Assembly (NCBI GenBank): GCA_038153405.1
Contig: JAYOYH010000036.1
Coordinates: 1-47,882 of the forward strand
Origin: Gemmatimonadota bacterium
GTDB taxonomy: Bacteria > Latescibacterota > UBA2968 > UBA8231
Reading direction: 5' to 3'
DNA: 47,882 bases
Made by a program: the position numbers and the translations under genes. The notes under the pieces were generated by a model, which saw only the letters and a list, made by a program, of their open reading frames with translations, was not told the DNA's origin and made no database searches. Positions 39,332 through 47,880 of the stretch are shown piece by piece (position 1 is the first letter of the stretch; the number at the start of each line of letters is the position of its first letter).

Positions 39332-39359
39332 ATTGTATATGAAAATCATTTCAAAACAA
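39332..39359 (-). promoter_or_regulatory. Putative sigma70 promoter with a palindromic operator in the spacer
   Basis: Minus strand TTGTTT-16-TACAAT. The spacer holds the TGAAA-ATCA-TTTCA palindrome (39340-39353). Confidence 0.5.
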
Positions 39360-39409
39360 AGTCTTAGGGCGGCGGATGAGAAGGTAAGACAAGGAAAAAA
39401 AGAATGCAA

Positions 39410-39433
39410 CCGTGGGACTGGAACGCCCCACGG
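39410..39433 (-). terminator. Possible terminator after the histidine kinase
   Basis: CCGTGGG/CCCACGG 7-bp stem, with a T7 run a few nt downstream on the minus strand. Confidence 0.35.
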
Positions 39434-39444
39434 CGCGTGTAGGG

Positions 39445-41310
39445 CTAGGTGATTTGAGCTATTTTGAGGTCGCGCCCGTCGGTGGGCGATTGGGACAGAG
39501 CGTGCTCTTGCAGTAGAGCAAAGAGGTCATTGATGCGCACGGGTTTGGTGAGAAAGGCATCAAACCCAGCGGTAAGGCATTCGTCTTTCACGCCAGATAT
39601 CACATCGGCCGTTAGTGCTATAATGGGCGTGTGCACGCCTTCGGGCTCTAAGGCGCGTATGCGTTGGATCGCCTCTATGCCTCCCATGCGCGGCATGTGC
39701 AAATCCATGAAAATGAGGTCGAACTTCTTCTGCAGAGCTAGTTGGACTGCATGATGGCCGTCGGTTGCACTATCACAACGGCACCCCTTTGTGGTCAACA
39801 TTTTAATAAAGATAGCGCGATTGACTTCGTTATCTTCCACAACTAAAATGGACTTGCCCGCTAAGTTGGTGGGCGGGGGCGTTGGTCGTTGCGAAACGGG
39901 AGTAGCGTCACCGCTCTGGGTGAGGAGTTGCTCCAGTCGCTCTAGGAGCGCCCTGCGCAAAATGGGTTTGGATATCGTTGCAGCGGCCTGCCGTTGGCCA
40001 CTGGCCAACGGCGCTGGCACACCGTTGGTCTGCATCAGTATGGCAATGGGTTTGGCGGTATCCCCGTTGTTGAGCTGCTGCAAGAAGTCGGCCATATCAG
40101 TCTGCGCTATCATCGCATCGAGCAACACTAGGCGAATGGGTCGCCCTTTCTGCTGTGCCTGTTCGATGGCCTGCAGCCCCTGCTCGCAGTTATCAGCCAA
40201 CAGAGGTATGAGGTGCGCCTGCTCCAATATGCGGAATACAATCTGGCGGTTGCGCTGGCAGGCATCGATCACTAGGACGGGTATATCGCGCAGGGATGCG
40301 GGGGGAGACGCCTTTTCTTTTTCTGTTTCGGGGGGGAGAGCAAAGCAGGGTGTGACGGTAAAGGTGCTCCCCTGCATTGGCTTGCTTTTGACGGAGATAC
40401 TTCCCCCCATTGCCTCTGCGAGTTGCTTGCATATAGTGAGGCCCAGTCCGGTGCCGGCAAAGCGCCGCGTGATGGAGGCATCCGCCTGACCAAATGCCTC
40501 AAAAACACGGCGTTGCTGTGCTTCATCCATACCAATGCCGGTATCCTCGACGCTGATGCGCAGTTGAGTCTTTAAGTCGTCGGATACGTGGTTTCCTACT
40601 CGAATTTCGACTTTTCCCTTAGCCGTAAATTTGACCGCATTCGACAGTAGGTTCACCAGTATTTGATGCAGGCGCACGCGATCGCCTATGAGTCGGTCGG
40701 GAACTTGGGGATCTACCTCACACAGGATGTCAATATTTTTGACGCAGGCGCGATGGGACACTAGCTTCAGGGAATCCATCAGGACGTTTTCGAGCGAGAA
40801 GGGCGCTTGCTCCAATTCGACTTTGTTGGCTTCAATCTTGGACAGGTCGAGAATGTTATTGACGATATTGAGCAGCAAGTCTGCGGTGGTTTTTATCGTG
40901 TCGTAGTGTTCTTTTTGATCTTTTGTTACATCGATATTTTGCAGGAGTTCAATGCTGCCGATAATGGTCGTTATGGGCGTGCGAATCTCGTGGCTCATGT
41001 TGGAAAGAAATGCACTTTTAGCCTCATCACTCGCTTCGGCGACCTGCTGCATTTTTTGATTCTCAATGGCCTTTTGCTGGTATTTTCCAGCGATATAAAA
41101 GGCTAAGCCAAGGAAGAATGGGGCTGAATCAATGACCCACAGGAGCAGTTCGCCCCGCTGAACGGAGACAAGGTGGTCGAAGCGGACTGTTCCGTATGCA
41201 TCATAGGAGGCGATTAAGGTTGAGACTAGGGGAAAACAGGAGCCCAAGAGTACGCCAAAAAGAGTATGGCGGACGGGGAATTTACCGTTTTTTGGTCTGC
41301 TAAATTCCAT
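39445..41310 (-). CDS. Hybrid sensor histidine kinase with two receiver domains
   Basis: H-box FLSNMSHEIRTP, N-box NLLSNAVKFT, DTGIGM, GTGLGL. REC1 (LLDAM..KP) and REC2 (VEDN, FMDLHMP, ALTA, TKP). Two N-terminal TM segments. Confidence 0.93.
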   Translation of the reverse strand: MEFSRPKNGKFPVRHTLFGVLLGSCFPLVSTLIASYDAYGTVRFDHLVSVQRGELLLWVIDSAPFFLGLAFYIAGKYQQKAIENQKMQQVAEASDEAKSAFLSNMSHEIRTPITTIIGSIELLQNIDVTKDQKEHYDTIKTTADLLLNIVNNILDLSKIEANKVELEQAPFSLENVLMDSLKLVSHRACVKNIDILCEVDPQVPDRLIGDRVRLHQILVNLLSNAVKFTAKGKVEIRVGNHVSDDLKTQLRISVEDTGIGMDEAQQRRVFEAFGQADASITRRFAGTGLGLTICKQLAEAMGGSISVKSKPMQGSTFTVTPCFALPPETEKEKASPPASLRDIPVLVIDACQRNRQIVFRILEQAHLIPLLADNCEQGLQAIEQAQQKGRPIRLVLLDAMIAQTDMADFLQQLNNGDTAKPIAILMQTNGVPAPLASGQRQAAATISKPILRRALLERLEQLLTQSGDATPVSQRPTPPPTNLAGKSILVVEDNEVNRAIFIKMLTTKGCRCDSATDGHHAVQLALQKKFDLIFMDLHMPRMGGIEAIQRIRALEPEGVHTPIIALTADVISGVKDECLTAGFDAFLTKPVRINDLFALLQEHALSQSPTDGRDLKIAQIT

Positions 41311-41429
41311 GCGATAGACCCAAATTGAAAAAAGATAAAAACTTTAATGAAAAAACAAAAAAACGATTGTAGAAAAAAACAGAAACTATTGTTTATTATG
41401 GCTTTATATTCTTCTCCGGACGCTCTCCC

Positions 41430-41459
41430 AAGATAAGATGTAGTTAATAAAAAAGTCAA
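41430..41459 (-). promoter_or_regulatory. Putative sigma70 promoter for the kinase
   Basis: Minus strand TTGACT-18-TATCTT in an AT-rich intergenic region. Confidence 0.5.
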
Positions 41460-41641
41460 CATAATTTTTAACTTTTTTTAAAAGGCGATGACCTGAGGGA
41501 GTGTCGGTGTTTTGTTTGTGAATTATGTATATAGGGGTGGGTAGGACTCAAGCCCGTCGCCCACAGCCCGTGGTGTAGCTACTGGGCCATCGCGCTGCCC
41601 ATTCCTGATGAGAATGACCGACGAAAAAGGAGGTATGCAGG

Positions 41642-42760
41642 ATGCACATTACCCGCGTTGAACCCATTCCCATATTGGTGCCGCTGAAGCTGGGATTGAC
41701 CACGAAGACGGCGCACGGCGAGCACATCGATTCGCCCTATGTCATCGTTCGCGTGCACACCGATGAGGGATTGGTCGGTCTTGGCGAAGCGACGCTGGCG
41801 CCGCGCTGGAGCGGCGAAACCAGCCCGGGGTGCGTAGCCGCCGTTCGCGATATTTTGGACCCGGCACTGCGGGGGGCTGACCCGCGTGACGTGCGCGCCT
41901 GCTCACAGTTTATGAATCGGGCGCTTAGGCACAATCCATTTACAAAAGCGGCGGTTGAAATGGCGCTGTGGGATCTGGCCGGAAAGGCGGCCGGTTTGCC
42001 GGTCTACCGGCTGTTGGGCGGCAAGGTGCGCGCGGTGCTGCCCATGAAGATGGTAGTCGGTGCGTTTGAGGTGCCCAAGGCCGTGGCTCTGGCCGAACAG
42101 TTTCTCGATTGGGGCGTGCGCCATCTAAAGGTTAAAGTGGGGCTCGATCCAGCGCAGGACCTGGAACGAGTGCGTGCGGTGCGCGCGCTGGCTGGAGCGG
42201 ATGTGACCATTGGCATCGACGCCAACTGCGGTTGGAATGTGACCACGGCGCGCACCATGCTGAAGGCTATGGAAGCGCTCGACCTGCTGTTTGCCGAGCA
42301 GCCGGTGGGCAGCCAAGATCCCAGTGCGTTGGCGCAGCTGCGCGGTGCAACGACGATTCCCATCATGGCCGATGAGAGCGTGTTCACCCTAGCTGATGCA
42401 TGGGACCTGACGAGTCGAAGGGCGGTGGACATCTTGAGCATCTATCCCGGCAAGACGGGTGGCATACTGCCGTCGATGGCCATAGCTAGCGTAGCGGAGG
42501 CCGCGGGCATCGCCTGCAGTATGGGCAGCAATCTGGAGTTGGGCATTGCCACGGCCGCCATGCTGCACCTGGGCGTGGCCGCACCGGTCATAGACAGCGA
42601 GACGTATCCCGGCGACTTCCTCGGGCCGCTCTACCACGAGGCGGATATGATTACAGAGCCGCTGTCGCTGGGCCCCTTGCACGCCGTCGTGCCCGAGGGA
42701 CCGGGGCTGGGCGTGGAGCTCGACGAAGGGCAATTAGAGCGGTGGCGCGAGCGATCATAG
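41642..42760 (+). CDS. Muconate cycloisomerase/dipeptide epimerase-like enolase superfamily protein
   Basis: AAVEMALWDLAGK, KVK, DAN, EQP, DES, GPGLG. AGGAGGT RBS. Confidence 0.88.
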   Translation: MHITRVEPIPILVPLKLGLTTKTAHGEHIDSPYVIVRVHTDEGLVGLGEATLAPRWSGETSPGCVAAVRDILDPALRGADPRDVRACSQFMNRALRHNPFTKAAVEMALWDLAGKAAGLPVYRLLGGKVRAVLPMKMVVGAFEVPKAVALAEQFLDWGVRHLKVKVGLDPAQDLERVRAVRALAGADVTIGIDANCGWNVTTARTMLKAMEALDLLFAEQPVGSQDPSALAQLRGATTIPIMADESVFTLADAWDLTSRRAVDILSIYPGKTGGILPSMAIASVAEAAGIACSMGSNLELGIATAAMLHLGVAAPVIDSETYPGDFLGPLYHEADMITEPLSLGPLHAVVPEGPGLGVELDEGQLERWRERS

Positions 42761-42787
42761 CGCCGAGTTGCATCGCGGCTTTGAGGG

Positions 42788-43705
42788 TCAGCGCCCGGCC
42801 AGCGTAACGCCGAGTGCGGTCAACTGCTGTGCCAGTGCCTGGCGTGCGAGGGCTGGCGCGTCGACGCGGGGTGGGCGCACGGGGCCACCAGCTAGGCCTA
42901 CCAGATCGAGACCGGTTTTGAGCAGAGCGGCATCTCCGTATTCGGTGCGCAGGTTTTCCAGCGGGGCTAGGCGTGCTTGGATGGCGACCATGGCATCCCA
43001 ATCGTTCCTGCCGGCAAGGCGGAACAGCTCCAGTTCGTATTCGGGCGCGAAGTTGATGATGCCGGCTGTAAACCCCTCTATCCCCATCTGAAAGCGCAGG
43101 TGCAGCACGCCGGGGTTGTGGCGCTTGTTGCCGATCCACACAAAGCGATTGCCCAGCAGTTGAATGGCGGCAAAGAGGTTGTGGGGCGCTAGGCAGGGGT
43201 CTTTAATGCCGATGATGCGGTCGATCTCGGCTAGGCGTGCAAAGAATTCGGGGGGCCAACCCTGCGTGTTGTAGGGCATTAGGGGCAGCGCCGTGTGATC
43301 GGCCAGAAGGCGGTAGTGATTGTAAACGCCCTGCAGATCGTCGGGGACCTCGTTGCGGATATAGGGTGCCATGCCCAGTGCCACCTGCGCGCCCATGGCT
43401 TCGTATTGGGGCAGCAGTTCCAGCGCAGTTTTGCTATTGCCCGGCAGCGTGGGAATCACCAGCGCGCGACCGGCGGCCGTTTCTAAGGCTACCTTGCACA
43501 GGGTCGCCAGTTCGTCTGCGCTCAGCGCATTGATTTCTCCGGTGCCGCCGCCGATGCTCAGCACGCGCACGCCGCGTTCGATGAGAAAATTCAGATTGCG
43601 GGTAAAGCCCTCGCTATCGAGCTGGGTGAGGTCGTCCCTGCGAAACGGAGTAATCGCGTAGGCGTGGACGTTGCGCAGCTGTTGTTTAAGCGCTTCGGGA
43701 AACAT
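42788..43705 (-). CDS. Dihydrodipicolinate synthase family lyase (KdgD-like)
   Basis: Start MFPEALK at 43705 after AGGAG. AITPF, GGGTGE, MAPY, PYN, IGIKD, GFTAGIINFAP. Confidence 0.85.
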   Translation of the reverse strand: MFPEALKQQLRNVHAYAITPFRRDDLTQLDSEGFTRNLNFLIERGVRVLSIGGGTGEINALSADELATLCKVALETAAGRALVIPTLPGNSKTALELLPQYEAMGAQVALGMAPYIRNEVPDDLQGVYNHYRLLADHTALPLMPYNTQGWPPEFFARLAEIDRIIGIKDPCLAPHNLFAAIQLLGNRFVWIGNKRHNPGVLHLRFQMGIEGFTAGIINFAPEYELELFRLAGRNDWDAMVAIQARLAPLENLRTEYGDAALLKTGLDLVGLAGGPVRPPRVDAPALARQALAQQLTALGVTLAGR

Positions 43706-43729
43706 GCTATTGGATCTCCTTGCAACGGA

Positions 43730-43899
43730 TTGAATGGGCGACGACGCAGCTGGCCTTATAATGGCTCCATTGTGGGCAGCGGGCAATGCATGGGATTTGC
43801 CGACGGCCTAGCTGAGCCGATGGTTGGCTCTGCGCCCCTTACTAGAGAGTTGCCCGCGGCGGGTGCGCTGCCTATTATGGGGCACGGACGCCCATTCAA
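43730..43899. repeat. 170-bp nested imperfect inverted repeat containing mirror-image divergent promoters
   Basis: Perfect 11-bp IR 43730-40/43889-99; 18-nt arms 43764-81/43866-83; 8-bp IR 43779-86/43850-57; central hairpin 43814-30. TTGCCC-17-TATTAT (+) and TTGCCC-17-CATTAT (-). Confidence 0.65.
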
Positions 43900-43908
43900 A
43901 GAGAGCCC

Positions 43909-44994
43909 ATGCCGATGACTGCGCCGACCGTGCCTCAGGTTGACCTGCTCACTGATCGCCAGATTGCCCAGTTTAAGCGCGACGGCTATCTCGTGCTGCC
44001 CGCCGCGCTTGATGCAGATGGATGCGCCCGGATCCGCGAGCGCATGTGGCAGGTGCTCGGCGAGTACCTGCCGCGTCTCAAGCGCGATGATCCGACCACC
44101 TGGACGCCTATTACAGACGAAGAACACGCTCGCTTGAGCGCGCAGAAGCCGGCTAACGGGGGCGATCCCTACTGCGCTGGCAGGGGCCATCGCTTTTACA
44201 TTCGCAACGGCACCGAGCCGCTAATGCTCGACGTGGCGCCCCGCGCGCTGTGGGCGGTTGCCGAGCAACTCCTTGGGGTGGGGACCCTAGTATGGCCGGC
44301 CGGCCACGATGCCGAGGGCTTTACGCGCGGCCCGTGCTTCCTATCAGACGACACCGTCAGCAGTTTCACTAGCCACCTCGGCCCGGCCGCAGCGGATTAC
44401 CCGCGGGAGGAAACCTTTACCACCGATCCGGCGCTGCGCCTGCCCAAGACGGGGCCGGTGTGGATGACCGGGCAGGGCACGCGCGGCCTCTACTGCACGC
44501 TGCCCGGCAGCCCCGATCCCGGGCCCGACTACAGCGGTGCCCACTCCGACGGGGCGTGTTATGGCCGCTACGGTCTACAGTTTGCCGCCTATGTCGACGA
44601 CTTGCCGCCGGCCAGTGGAGGATTCACCGTGTGGCCGGGTAGCCACGTGCCGATTTGGGAGGGACAGTGGGCCGCGTTTAAAGACGGAGAAAAACACACC
44701 GATAAGCACTTAGAAAATCGCCGTGCCGGCGGCTATACCGATCCAGCCATCTTGCGCGCCAAGGCGGAGATCGATCCCGTCGATACGCACGGCCCGGCCG
44801 GCACCGTGGTGCTTTGGCACACCAAAATTTTGCATATGGCTGGGCAAAACAGGTCGGCCGATATCATTCGGCAGGCGACCATCTATGGTTATATGAAAAC
44901 GCCCGAGGCCTTGCCCGACGAAAGGGCGGCCGATAATGCGGGGGGCGATATATGGCGCGATTGGTCCGATGGGGTGCGCGCCATCGAGGTCTGA
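43909..44994 (+). CDS. Phytanoyl-CoA dioxygenase (PhyH) family protein
   Basis: QIAQFKRDGYLVL, AHSD (HxD), GGFTVWPGSH, GTVVLWH..LHMAGQN...R. Confidence 0.8.
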   Translation: MPMTAPTVPQVDLLTDRQIAQFKRDGYLVLPAALDADGCARIRERMWQVLGEYLPRLKRDDPTTWTPITDEEHARLSAQKPANGGDPYCAGRGHRFYIRNGTEPLMLDVAPRALWAVAEQLLGVGTLVWPAGHDAEGFTRGPCFLSDDTVSSFTSHLGPAAADYPREETFTTDPALRLPKTGPVWMTGQGTRGLYCTLPGSPDPGPDYSGAHSDGACYGRYGLQFAAYVDDLPPASGGFTVWPGSHVPIWEGQWAAFKDGEKHTDKHLENRRAGGYTDPAILRAKAEIDPVDTHGPAGTVVLWHTKILHMAGQNRSADIIRQATIYGYMKTPEALPDERAADNAGGDIWRDWSDGVRAIEV

Positions 44995-45158
44995 TCGCCG
45001 CTCGTAGTTTAATTGAAGGCAGGCTCTGTTGCACGGAGGACGTCGAGCCGAAAAGTATTAGCGGACAGCAACATTGATGGTGATGTTAAGTGCATTTTGC
45101 GTGGAAGGATGTGCGGGTCCAAGGCCGGGCGCGTATGCCAGAAGAAAGGAGTGTAGTG

Positions 45159-46232
45159 ATGGAGCCTTCAATTCACCTATTTGCCCGGGGCGATAAGAAT
45201 CCGCTGGCCTATTATCGCCAGGTGCCCGGCGTGCAGCGACTGGTTGTGGATTTGGGCGGCGAGCCTGGCCAGATCGTCGAGCGGTCGTGGATCGATCACG
45301 TGCTAGCAGAATTGGCCGATGCGGGGCTGGGCTTGGCAGTGGTCGAGAGTTTTGTCATCAGCAACGCCATCAAGCTCGAATTGCCCGAGCGCGATCGGCA
45401 CGTCGATGCCTTTTGTCAGACGCTGCGCAACTACGGGGCGGCGATGCGCGCGCGTGGACTGGAAGGGCCCTACCGGGTCTGCTACGACTTTATGGGTCCG
45501 GAAAACTGGTGGCGCAATTTGCTGGCGGTGCGCGACGAAGTCGATCGCGTGTGCATTGGTTACGACCCGCGCCAGCCGGAGCCAGAAATTGAGCAACTGG
45601 GTGATCGACCGCGTCTTGGCTATCCCGAAAGCTACACGGACGCAGAGTACCAGCACTTGGTTGACCTGTACCGCGCGCGCGGCGAAGAGGGCTTGTGGGA
45701 TGCACTGACCTATTTTTTGCGCGCGATCATACCGGTTGCCGAAGAGGAAAATGTGTGGATGGGACTCCATCCAGACGACCCATCGTTCAACGTGCGCGGT
45801 CGGCCGCGCATTGTCAAAGACGGGGCTGCGCTGCGCAGGGTGGTCGAGACCGTGCCCAGTCCATCCAACGGCATCACCTTTTGCCCGGGGAGTTTGGCAA
45901 CTCACCGCGGCAACGATGTGCTGGCGATTGCCGATGAGCTATGGCCCCACTTTGTATTTTGCCATTTCCGCAACATCCGCTTCCTGTCGGACGGAGACTT
46001 CGACGGCGAGACGGCATTTTTGGAGACCTACCACGCAGATGATAGGGGGGCCGTCCCCATTCCCGCGCTGCTAAAGCGGCTGCACGAAAAGGGATGCACA
46101 GCGCCTTTTCGCGCCGATCATGCCCCCGGTATGTTTGGCCACGATCTCAACTTCGGCTACGGCCTAGTGTCCCGGGCACAGGGGTTGAGCTACCTGCAGG
46201 GGATACTCGCCGGGCTGGATGCCGCCGGTTAG
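45159..46232 (+). CDS. uxuA: Mannonate dehydratase (divergent)
   Basis: LAVVES, CYDFM, FLRAIIPVAEE, LHPDDP, NGITFCPGS, HFRN, RADH. AAGGAG RBS. Confidence 0.78.
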   Translation: MEPSIHLFARGDKNPLAYYRQVPGVQRLVVDLGGEPGQIVERSWIDHVLAELADAGLGLAVVESFVISNAIKLELPERDRHVDAFCQTLRNYGAAMRARGLEGPYRVCYDFMGPENWWRNLLAVRDEVDRVCIGYDPRQPEPEIEQLGDRPRLGYPESYTDAEYQHLVDLYRARGEEGLWDALTYFLRAIIPVAEEENVWMGLHPDDPSFNVRGRPRIVKDGAALRRVVETVPSPSNGITFCPGSLATHRGNDVLAIADELWPHFVFCHFRNIRFLSDGDFDGETAFLETYHADDRGAVPIPALLKRLHEKGCTAPFRADHAPGMFGHDLNFGYGLVSRAQGLSYLQGILAGLDAAG

Positions 46233-46263
46233 AGCGGCGTTGGGCAAATAGCGCTTCTACTCA

Positions 46264-46300
46264 CATGGGCCGGTGGACACCCCTTGTCCACCGGCCCATG
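46264..46300. terminator. Perfect 16-bp hairpin downstream of uxuA
   Basis: CATGGGCCGGTGGACA-CCCCT-TGTCCACCGGCCCATG. No adjacent U tract. Confidence 0.5.
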
Positions 46301-46574
46301 CGTGCCCGCGTCAAAAGTCATACAAAGGTATGATCATTTGCTTGAATATCAGACTATATGAGTTATCTAAAAATCCTTCCCAGAAGAGCGGCCGCACGAT
46401 GCGCGCTTAGAGACCTCGCGTCCTTCGAGTTTCGATGGGGCTCATCAAGCGTTAGACGGCCCCCTAAGGAGGTGTTTACACAGGTTTATGTGTGTGCCGC
46501 GTGCTAAGCCCATGCGCGTTGCCGCCTCAACGACTTTATCGCGCATCTTGTCGCGACCAAACGAGCTTGCAAGG

Positions 46575-46604
46575 AAGAAAAAGGCTGCGCGTTGGGCGCA
46601 CAGC
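46575..46604 (-). terminator. Rho-independent terminator (minus strand)
   Basis: Minus strand GCTGTGCG-CCCAA-CGCGCAGC followed by CTTTTTCTT. Confidence 0.6.
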
Positions 46605-46739
46605 GCGAGACGGCAGAGCTGGCGCGTGCGCTCCAACGGATATGCCCGTCATGCGAGTCATCCCTTGGGTATTCTTGATTTGATTTTGCATGGATGCCCT
46701 TCCGATTGATGTGGATCGATATACAGGACTCCCAACGGA

Positions 46740-46838
46740 TTGCCGAATCATCTTTTCCGTATCTGCGGCCCGATCGAACAGCTCGCTCATATTGGATTTG
46801 AGAATGTCGCGTATCCGTGCGAAAGTTCCGTTGGCCAT
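46740..46838 (-). pseudogene. pspA: 5' fragment (~33 codons) of phage shock protein A
   Basis: MANGTFARIRDILKSNMSELFDRAADTEKMIRQ matches the PspA/IM30 N-terminus. AGGAG RBS. Homology is lost after IRQ; the frame continues as non-PspA sequence to 46536. Confidence 0.78.
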
Positions 46839-46916
46839 GGTTTTTCTCTCCTGTATGTGTGTTGCTGATCAAAGCGCGTTGTGAGACGACTACGCAAGAG
46901 CCGTACCAGCGCGTAC

Positions 46917-47034
46917 ACATAAGGTCTGCCAACGCGCCAATCGCCTCTATATCAATACGTTACCAACCTTTGGCTCCGCTGTCACCCGATCCGCGTTGGC
47001 GAATTTTACCAAATTAGCTGGCGGAATCCACCAC
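46917..47034 (-). promoter_or_regulatory. pspA-type sigma54 promoter: -24/-12, IHF box and tandem PspF-like UAS
   Basis: Minus-strand TGGCAGACCTTATGT (46917-46931); exact IHF consensus TATCAATACGTTA (46950-46962); palindromes TTGGCGAATTTTACCAA (46996-47012) and TGGCGGAATCCACCA (47019-47033), centres 22 bp apart. Confidence 0.72.
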
Positions 47035-47104
47035 CGTGTCCACCTCAACCGCGATCCCCAAGTCCAAGCTAAAGCGTTTACCGACAAAATCCTCTTTTGC
47101 GTAG

Positions 47105-47880
<776 letters not shown>

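Noticed and set aside
28992..41544. 12-bp exact repeat AGGGGTGGGTAG in two intergenic regions (28992-29003 and 41533-41544)
   Set aside because: Only two copies; a 12-mer match is plausible by chance and the contexts differ.
41600..41632. CTGATGAG...CGAAA hammerhead-like core upstream of the enolase-family gene
   Set aside because: Stem II does not pair, no stem I/III partners or NUH site were found, and CTGATGA is simply the loop of a CATTC/GAATG hairpin.
46405..46452. Minus-strand TGATGAG..CGAAAC..GTC hammerhead-like pattern
   Set aside because: Core C3 is missing, stem II is unpaired and stem I does not abut the cleavage site.
46431..46466. GATGGGGCTC...GACGGCCCC resemblance to the fluoride riboswitch
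   Set aside because: P1 and P2 cannot form and there is no downstream crcB-type gene.
46488..46709. Plus-strand 73-aa and 63-aa ORFs after TAAGGAGGT
   Set aside because: SD-start spacing is 14 nt or more, and the sequences are Arg/Ala-rich with no recognisable features.
46721..46856. 8-bp inverted repeat ATACAGGA/TCCTGTAT flanking the pspA stub
   Set aside because: Too short to be significant over this span.
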